DNA from: Phoronis australis | Taxonomy: Eukaryota; Animalia; Phoronida | DNA: 64,000 nt | Direction of reading: 5' to 3' | Assembly: GCA_002633005.1 (NCBI GenBank) | Contig: NMRA01000656.1 | Span: forward strand, 116,289-180,288 | In this document: positions 25,301-34,300 of the stretch, piece by piece | Layout of the letters: each line of letters starts with the position of its first letter | How positions within the stretch are numbered: the stretch's first letter is position 1 | The notes under the pieces: generated by a model | The model's database searches: none | Told to the model about the DNA's origin: nothing | Seen by the model: the letters and a program-made list of their open reading frames with translations, nothing else | Translations under genes and position numbers: made by a program

Positions 25301-28300
25301 TCAGTGGATGTTTGTGTGTGACAACCACCACACCACACATTTGAAACTGACAGCAGCAATGAATGCTAATTGAAAATTTGGCCTGGATGAAGTCCCATGA
25401 ATCATTGCCAGTATATCTATTAGCAACTAAGACCACAGCTGTTTCCAAATCCAGTAACCAATCTAGTGCATGTCTTTTGTCTGGCAGAGGTATTAAACCC
25501 ACGGAAATGAACATGAAAACATCAAGACGAACACATTTGTCAATAAACCAAATCCAGTCCGTCGTTTTTGGATAATTTTTATTCTTACCCCTTTTGGGTA
25601 GATGCTGCTAACCTAACTTTTCATGAGCAATTCAATTTCAAAAGCAAAACAGTGCGAAACATCACCATTTGCATGCCACGATATTGGATTCTATTTCAGC
25701 CAGTTTCTTGTAGTGAAGCAATGGCTAATGCGGTAACTACTTACTCCACTGTAGATCATGTTTGGTAGTAAAGCATCCACCGTAGCCAGGCTTTATTCAG
25801 AGAATGGATGCCAGGATGTGTATTGTACCTGTAGCCATCCTAGCATCCATTCTCTGTGTATTGTACCTGAATAAAGCGTGAGAATGGTGGATGTTTCGCC
25901 GCCGTAACATGTCGCTACATTTTAGAAAAGTTGTTTTTATTCAAATTTCTGTGTGTTCATCAATGCGATATCTTTCGGTAGTGTAGAACAGTGTTCATCA
26001 TATCTAGAATTGGTGACACCAACAGTTCTTCACAAATCTATTGAAGATTAGTACAAGGTGCCACGAAACAGGTCCAGCTTGATTGCTCACTGAAATGCAG
26101 GTAGTGGTGATGCCTGCTTAAAGCACATCACAAACCAAACAAAAAGATGAATTTTTAAGTATTAATTTGTGCCACATTACCTAAAGTAAATCACACATTG
26201 TATTCTTCTATCATCAATTTTTCACCCAATGAATTCCTTTATGATTAATAGCCAACAGAACACGCCAAAGATAATCAGGCAAAATGACTCGGAATTTCAT
26301 TCCGTGTCAGCTGATTGCAAGCAGAATTCTTCATCAAAGTAACTACGATGATGGCATCTGTCTGTTTACTTTTGGCTGCCACAATACATTTAATGCATAA
26401 CCAGATGTCATGAACCCTTCACACAAGAATCCTATGAAAATGTCGATCAAATGGTGGATGTGACAAACAGCACGAGATGTTCTGGCTAATTTGGTTCATG
26501 TAGCACATCAGGCCAACTAAAATAAATCAAAGCACTCCACAAGGATACACTTTGCTTGCTGCTCACTATGAAATATGAATGTTGCATACTACACAGCTTA
26601 TCATACAAATGGGTTATTGACATTAGCTAATGTAGTCTTATAGTCAAAGCAATATTAGACAATGATAGATTTTAATCTTGTAGTCATTGAATAGTTCAAG
26701 TGCCCAATGGACTATATACAGTGATTCTTTACTTACTTAAGCACACATAATGGCTGAATAGTGAGAAACATATTTTCCTAAATTTCTACACAAAAGTAAA
26801 GATCAAAGTTAGTTAAATCAATTACTAGTATGGTTTGACATGTACAGATGTCACAACATTTGCTAAAGTTCTCATTATTTACAAAACAGTAAAGTAGGAA
26901 AATGGCCGTTTTGCTAATTATTTTTGTGCGAAGTAAGTGGAGAATTACTGTGAATAGCAAACTTAAGGTATATCTGACATGCTGCTCGGCTGGCTGTATT
27001 ACTGTGAATAGCAAAGGTATGTCTGACATGCTGCTCTGCTGGGTGTATTTTGACGACCAGACTCCTAACAAAATCAACCTTTTTGGATTGGAGCTTTACA
27101 AAGGAGTCCATTTTTGCAACAAAACTTTACAGCAGTAAAAATAAAACGGTACAAAGGGTTTTTGATTCAATTTCAATTAATGACCCAGCAAAGGATATCG
27201 TTGGAAAAAATCTACAAGAGGTTGACTTTTCATTGACGTTTCCAACAAATGGGTCCTTTTAGTCCTATTTACTGTCTAAAAGTATGGGGCTCATCCTCAA
27301 CAACTCTTTAAGATAATGGGTACGAGCGGCAAATCCTTTTGAAGATAGGGTCAGGAACCCCCCCGGGTCAAAGGTTAAGGCGATGCTACTTCCAGAGGTT
27401 TAAAGGGCAAGTACCTGACACAGGACACATACCCATAGGTACAGCAGCATTTTTCCAAAGATTACATTTTGATTGACAAAAATTCTTCACCAGACAAGAT
27501 AAACTAATCGGCCATTAATCACATAGCTATTAAAACTTCAAGCATGCTGCAGAATTAGGAGGGTTCACTGATAACGTCTTTTGTACCAGGAAATACCGAC
27601 AATTAAGAAACCTATCCAAAGAACGCTAGGAATGACCATCCCTCTTAAACTACACACAGTTTGATAACAACTTACTAACGGTCAATAACAGAACTTCCCA
27701 GTGAGTATCCAAAGAGTAAAAAACATTTCCGGATACACATGTGGGAAATACAGAAAATCCCATTTACAACTTGGACAACGAGTTTTGGAAGGTGAATTTG
27801 ACAAAATTCATACGACTTTGCCCTTCATATGAGACGCAAACATTGTTAAAAGGATTATACCAAACCCAATTTTAGCCTATTAACACATCCAGATAATGGA
27901 CTTTCCTACCCAGTTCTCTGAAACAGCACAATGCTCTGTAACCCTCGACAACCTTGGAGGAATAAAACTTCAAAACTTATCTGCTGGACTGTTGCATGAC
28001 GTCAATGAGATTTATAAGTAAACGGTCCTGTTTCACATTTTAAACTGAATATCCCATACACTTGTATTATATATGGTAAATGGAAATTTTTATGAATGGC
28101 ATGTGACTGAAACATCTAAGCTGTCAGGAAAGGTTTCCTAGGAATACTTATCACATTTAATTAATCATGTTAATAAAAAATAGGGAAATTTTATTATACA
28201 AATGCATGAACACACGTTATCAATCACAAAACGTTTATAATTTTCGTTGATTTTACGAAATTTTCCATGGGTTCCCTAGAGTTTACATTTTTTTCATTTC

Positions 28301-31300
28301 CCATGACCTTCCATGCATGGAGATTTTTTCGTCATTTTCCAGGTTCGAGGTTCTTTACAGAATTCCCACCATGTATGACATAGGCGTCGAAACAACGTTT
28401 GTACAAAATCTAAATATGGCAGTCTAAAATAACCAAACAGCATTAAAAGAGTGGATTTACAATACTTATTTATGGCAAGAGTGACAACAAAAGCAGTGTT
28501 CATAGTGACTTGATGAATTACGGAAAAATTCAACTTCGTGTACCAAAATATTTTTGAAACCGTCCACAGTCATCCAAAAATAGTATAAATTCACAGAATT
28601 TGCTGATACCATGAAAAATTTGAATGCACATCGAAAGAAGAAAAAATGTTCATGACCACGTGACCGCATTTTTTTATGGCCAGTGTCACATTTGCTTTCT
28701 TGAAAAATACACGTGAAATTGAACACTGCATACAAGAAAACTGCATTTTAGAAAATATCCATGAACATTGACAATTGCTAGATAAGCAATAAACACGTAT
28801 TCCAACATGCAATCAAAATGTGTGTACAAGGAAATCTGCCAACAGTTGCAATGCACCTACTGACCTCTGTAGAGTGACACCATCACATATTGTTTTTGTA
28901 GCTATAAAACACTACCAAGTCCATGCAACTCATTAAGGTCGGATGGCAAAGGAATGCGTAAACAGTCAACAGTGTTTACAGGCCCCATACTTTTTTCTAT
29001 TGCAATAAGGTGCCATAACAACTGCAACACAGTACAGTCTATACTGATGCACAGAGCTAAGAATTTGAGAGTTTCACATAAAAGAATGACATGAACGTGA
29101 GAAAAAATGCTGCTTCGTTTTTGTTGTTTAGGATTTCAGATACAACATAATGATCAAGAATAATTTGTCATTAGAGTCTAACCGCAACACAAACAACAAC
29201 ATTGCGAGATAATTTTAGGAAGACAACAGGCTTTTCAGTAAGGCAACCATGACCTCCATTTGAATGTGTCTGTTTTGGGGAAATTATGAGACAATTTGCA
29301 ACGTTTGCAGCAAATGACAATTGTCCTTCACTCTGAAGGCTACTGCTGCCTCTTGGAGATGTCAATGATAGCACTAATATCAGTCACTATCTAGTGGAAG
29401 GTTTTCTGAAACTATGCTAGGTATTTCTTGTCCAATATTTGCATTTGGTGACTTTTGTCGCAATCTGGGTCACGTGTTTAATCCTGCAAATACTTGGAAA
29501 AGTTAATTTCAACAATGTAAATATTATGGCAAGGTTGTATGTATTTTAGCTATAATAGCAGGAACCACTTTGACCATCATGAACTTTAGACATGAATTAA
29601 GAGAATCATATCTAGGTTCTGGATGAAAAAATAGCATTGAGTTAACAGAAAAACTAGTTTTAATTTCTACTCCCATACTGGATGAACCGGACATATTTTT
29701 AAAAACTGTTCACAATAAAGATACTCTTTCAGTTTTATTTCACAGACAAACTACATAAACATAATTTAATACAAACCCAACTTACCAAAATTTAACATTC
29801 CCAAATGATACCATTTTGACATAACATTGGTTATTTTTTCGAAATAAAAAGAATTCAACATACAATTCTTAATTCCAATTCGTTAATCTTTCTGGTGACG
29901 CACCAACAAAATGGCCGCTATAGTTTTTACCAAGTGGCTCCGAACCCCATTCACAACGAACGTAAAAACAGAGAGTTACAGTCAAGGCAGTTATATGCAG
30001 GGTTGTAGTTTAACATTAAGCTTTCATGATGACGATTCCAGTGATGGGGCACATCCTGCTAGCCTTTTCTAAAATGGCAAAAGGAAAAATATTTGCAGTA
30101 GGCGCTCAATAACAGAACGACTGTTGCCAAGGTGAAGGACCGACACCTGAGGGCAGTGATTAACAAACACAGGTACCAATTACGTCAAATATATTGTTTA
30201 CGTCAAGTTTAAAGTTAGTTAATTGCCACAGGCGATAAGACTATTTATTCAATGCCACATACCACTATATGTTTGTTTTGACTATTTGCCATCCTTAACC
30301 AATGTCAAGATGGTGATTATATCATGTCTAAATGGTAAAGTTCAGTTCAAGACCACAACTGTCTTGGAAAAGTTCAGGGCCTAGAACTATAGTAGTCTTA
30401 AAAGTATAGGTATACATGGGGGTAAGAGCAATGACATCACTCTGTGGCTCGTCATAATGCCATTCTTGAATAATATTTTTCACAACGTGCAACAATCATA
30501 TATTATGCGCAATGTTTTAGAGCAACCCATCTCTGGGTACTCTTTCTTGTAGAGCCTCGGCCAAAGTCGCTTTTCGGCTTCGAATTTTAGTCTACACCCA
30601 AGCAGGCTAGAGATTTCTGTCTTTTGGCTTCCAGATGTAGACAGATTTTTTTGACTTTCAGCCTCAGCCTGTTATCATGAAATACTGATTTTTAACCAAA
30701 CGTCAAAAGACAATAGACTCTTTGAGAAACAGCTCCCAATGACCTCTTTCACAGATAGCGAAAATTGAAGTGTGTGCATCACAGAGAGTAAATTTGTGGG
30801 TTACGGATCATTCAATCCAGAACACGTAACATGTTGTGCAGGCGATCATCTGCTCCTTGAAGTTGCACTTGATTTTGGATAAATTCTACCAGTTTTCTGG
30901 CATCTGTGATCAACTGAATTGAATTGTGTTTGATGCTTTGTTGCACCGTATGACGCATGCTGATAGCTCTACTGTACACTGTGTGGGCCAATATTGTAGA
31001 TGGCCTTGATTTCTTGTCCTTATGATGATGTTTGAGACATTGAAACATGTCGAAGTTGAAAATCTTGTTTTTTAATATTATCACTTACCTGTCTTTATTG
31101 AGACCATTTAAACTTTTGGCTACTTGAAATACTATTGAAGTGATTTCTATAGATTGTTTATTTACGTTTATTAGCCGTGCTGCTTTGGATGACTGCTATC
31201 CCACAATCCTTTGTGTATATGATGTCTCATGTTATCGGTAAAAAGAGTAACGTTTTTATAGATCTCAAAAAGGCCACAAGGTTCTGCGGAATATGTCGAA

Positions 31301-34300
31301 CTGGTTCGAAAATGGAAAAGCCTTGTTATCTTTATAATAGAAACCAATCTGCCAAATCCATGAAAATCCATCCAAGAATTGTGAAGATACAGAGCTCAAT
31401 GTAAAAATAGAACTAGGACTACAAGGCAAACTGGTAGCACCATCCATCCGAACTAAGTGGGCATTTATTAAATTGCGTACATACTAGGAATGCACGCAAC
31501 ACTGACAAAGGGTTTTAATTAGTAGATGCAACTATGGATTCAAAAAAAAAAACAAAATTGCCACTAGGGGACACTACAATAGTCGGACCTGCCAAAAACC
31601 AGCGTCAGCCGTGGCCTTCACAGCAGAGAGATGCTAAAAAAAACTCATAAATAATAAAAATGGTCAATAGATGGCACACAACACATTGAATCGGAAAATG
31701 GTACAATGTCACCACCCACGCAACCCAGCTGCCAAACTTTGATGAAAATCTCTCAAGGAGTTCTGGAGACACAGAGGTAAACGTAAAAAATTGCCACTGC
31801 GGTACCCAGATCCATCTGAAAGTCCTCATCAGTTGTCGGTTTCATAGAAACACCTCAGCTGAATCTCATTAAGGTCCATCAAGGGGTTTAGGAGATACAG
31901 CAGTGGACGCCAGATGCCCAGACAGAGATGAAGGCAATATACACCCACGTCATGTATATGTGGGCATGTCAAAAAGTCGATGGAATCACAACCGAGTGAG
32001 CACTTAAGTACAAATCCGTGATTCTTTGTGTAATGAGAAATAAATATCTAAGTAAATCTAAATTGGCATATACTTTTGTAACATGAACTTCGACAATTGC
32101 AAAAGTGCTTGCATACAGGTAAATGCCCTGTCTCTTCATCAGAGTATCAATTGTCACAGTCGGTTGTGCGATGACATAGGCATTGTTTTATGGTTTATCA
32201 CTGGCCAACAATAAACGTTATGTCCAATTTCTTTGAGGAACATGAGTGCTTTCAAAGTGATAAGTGTGACGACAAAAAATTGACAACAATGAACTGGAAT
32301 GAGTATGGGTGGCAGTGATATGCGAAGTAGATCCGTCTTCGCTATGTGACCAGCCAAAGTTGAATGAGTATGGGTGGCAGTGATATGCGAAGTAGATCCG
32401 TCTTCGCTATGTGACCAACCAAAGTTGAGAGCAGAAATCTCAATAAACGATAAGCTTTGATTGTTTCTACAGTAATCAACCATTTTAGTTTCCGTGAGCT
32501 GGGAGTGTCTTTTGAATAATTACCAACCACAATACTAACGATGTAAACATGGAGGATTTCCTAATCACTTGTTACCGGTAGACTTATGACGTTAAATGCA
32601 CCAGGGTGGCCTATCTAGCTTACTGAGAGCATTGGAATATGATTCACAAATATCGAGTGAATAACTGAACTTACGGAGGTAAGGAATAAATCAATAAGCC
32701 AAATAATGAAATGTTTATCAAACATTGACCCAGATTTGCCCTTATTGGACAGGGCCATCAACATGAGCTTGAGACAAGTGAACGCAATAATCAAGAATTT
32801 CTTACAGCAATGCAAACAGTGAGACATTTTATCAATTTCTATGAGCACAAATGAGGGCATGAGATGAGAGTTATATATTCAATAACCAACAACCCTTCAA
32901 AGGACAAGTGGATATGAAACGGTCAATTCAACTGGATCAAGGGTTCTCAAACGAATGAACCATTCCAGGGGTTGGTATTTCGTACTGTCCAAACATGGAC
33001 ATAAACACTGAGGTAACGTTGAAGCAGGATCTACTGAGAGAGTTCTAGCAGAATCGCGAAACCGATAACATTAAAATCACTGAACTTGTCAGAGAGTACT
33101 TCCAGAGTAAAAAAGAAATGAGCGAGAGCTGAAACCCCAAATCTCAATTCTGCAGCAAATCCAATTGATAGTCCCAGTGCCCAGTTGCATGAAACAGTAC
33201 CAAATAGGGACTCAACTAAGTTTCCTAAATCTACTATGTATTTGTGGACTTGTGAACACACTGATTGTCCTTTCTTATGCCCTTTGATCCTCAATACTAC
33301 GTCAACTTTTGGAATTGACACAAATAGAGAGTGAAGTCTACGTTAAATTCTCAATATCATCGAAAATAAATAGAGATCTTTTCATGCGGCGTCCCTAATC
33401 TAAGGACTAAGTCCCTAATAATTACTTTAACTGAATCAAAGGCTCAGTTTTAGTTATATTATTATAAAATACCATTAGTCAAAGAGGACCCCATAATAAA
33501 GATAAAATTATAGAAAAAACACTACATCTGTGAATATAGAACAAAACAAATACGCAAAAGATTTAGGGAACTTAGCCGAGTCCCTATTTGGGACTGTTTC
33601 GTGCAATCGGGCACTGGAGCCCCTAAGATTGTATACTGCCATTTTACATTACAACCACAGTAAATAAACATATGCATATCACAGCCTGAACTATCTTACC
33701 CTCAACAAAAGCCCGTATCGTGGAATCCTATGTGAAGGTTGAATAATCAGATCCTTCCAGCCATGCCTTCGTCTGTTCCCTTTCTGTACTTGCTAGAAGA
33801 CAAATAATACTGCGTTCACAGGGGCCTTCTCGTCCATGGCGGTTTTACGCTAATGCGTTTGCACACAGGTAGCGAGTTAAATTTCAGTAATTTCAGGTTA
33901 GAGGATAGGTTAATGAAATTCTTGTTCTATTTAGCAAACAATATTGTGAACAAGCGTAAATATATTTTGTCAAAATTCTCAACCGAAATACAGATTAAAA
34001 AGTTTCAGTCCGTTGCAGTCTATTATTAGGTTAAGGTTGATGCTAGGAAATTAAACGATGGTTTGCAGTGAGGCAGCTTTTAAAAAGAAACTTTTCTTTG
34101 CAATTCATCACTTTTTAGCTAAATATAACCAATAGCTAAAGCAAACTGTTTCAAAAATGGACACAAGTCAAAGTACAAAGATCAGTACATGGAACAGTGT
34201 CTCAAAACTGAAAACCGTTACCAGTAGATAACAGTTAAAGCTACAATACTTACAAATTTTAAAGACCAAAAAATCAAATGCTGTCTATTGCAAGGACCAA

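Noticed and set aside
30812-31088. 90-aa minus ORF (…KSRPSTILAHTVYS…) and strong GTAAGT donor at ~31088 as a possible extra or alternative DH exon
   Set aside because: No DH similarity; the flanking exons (33700 and 25073) already join in phase 0 with continuous DH sequence.
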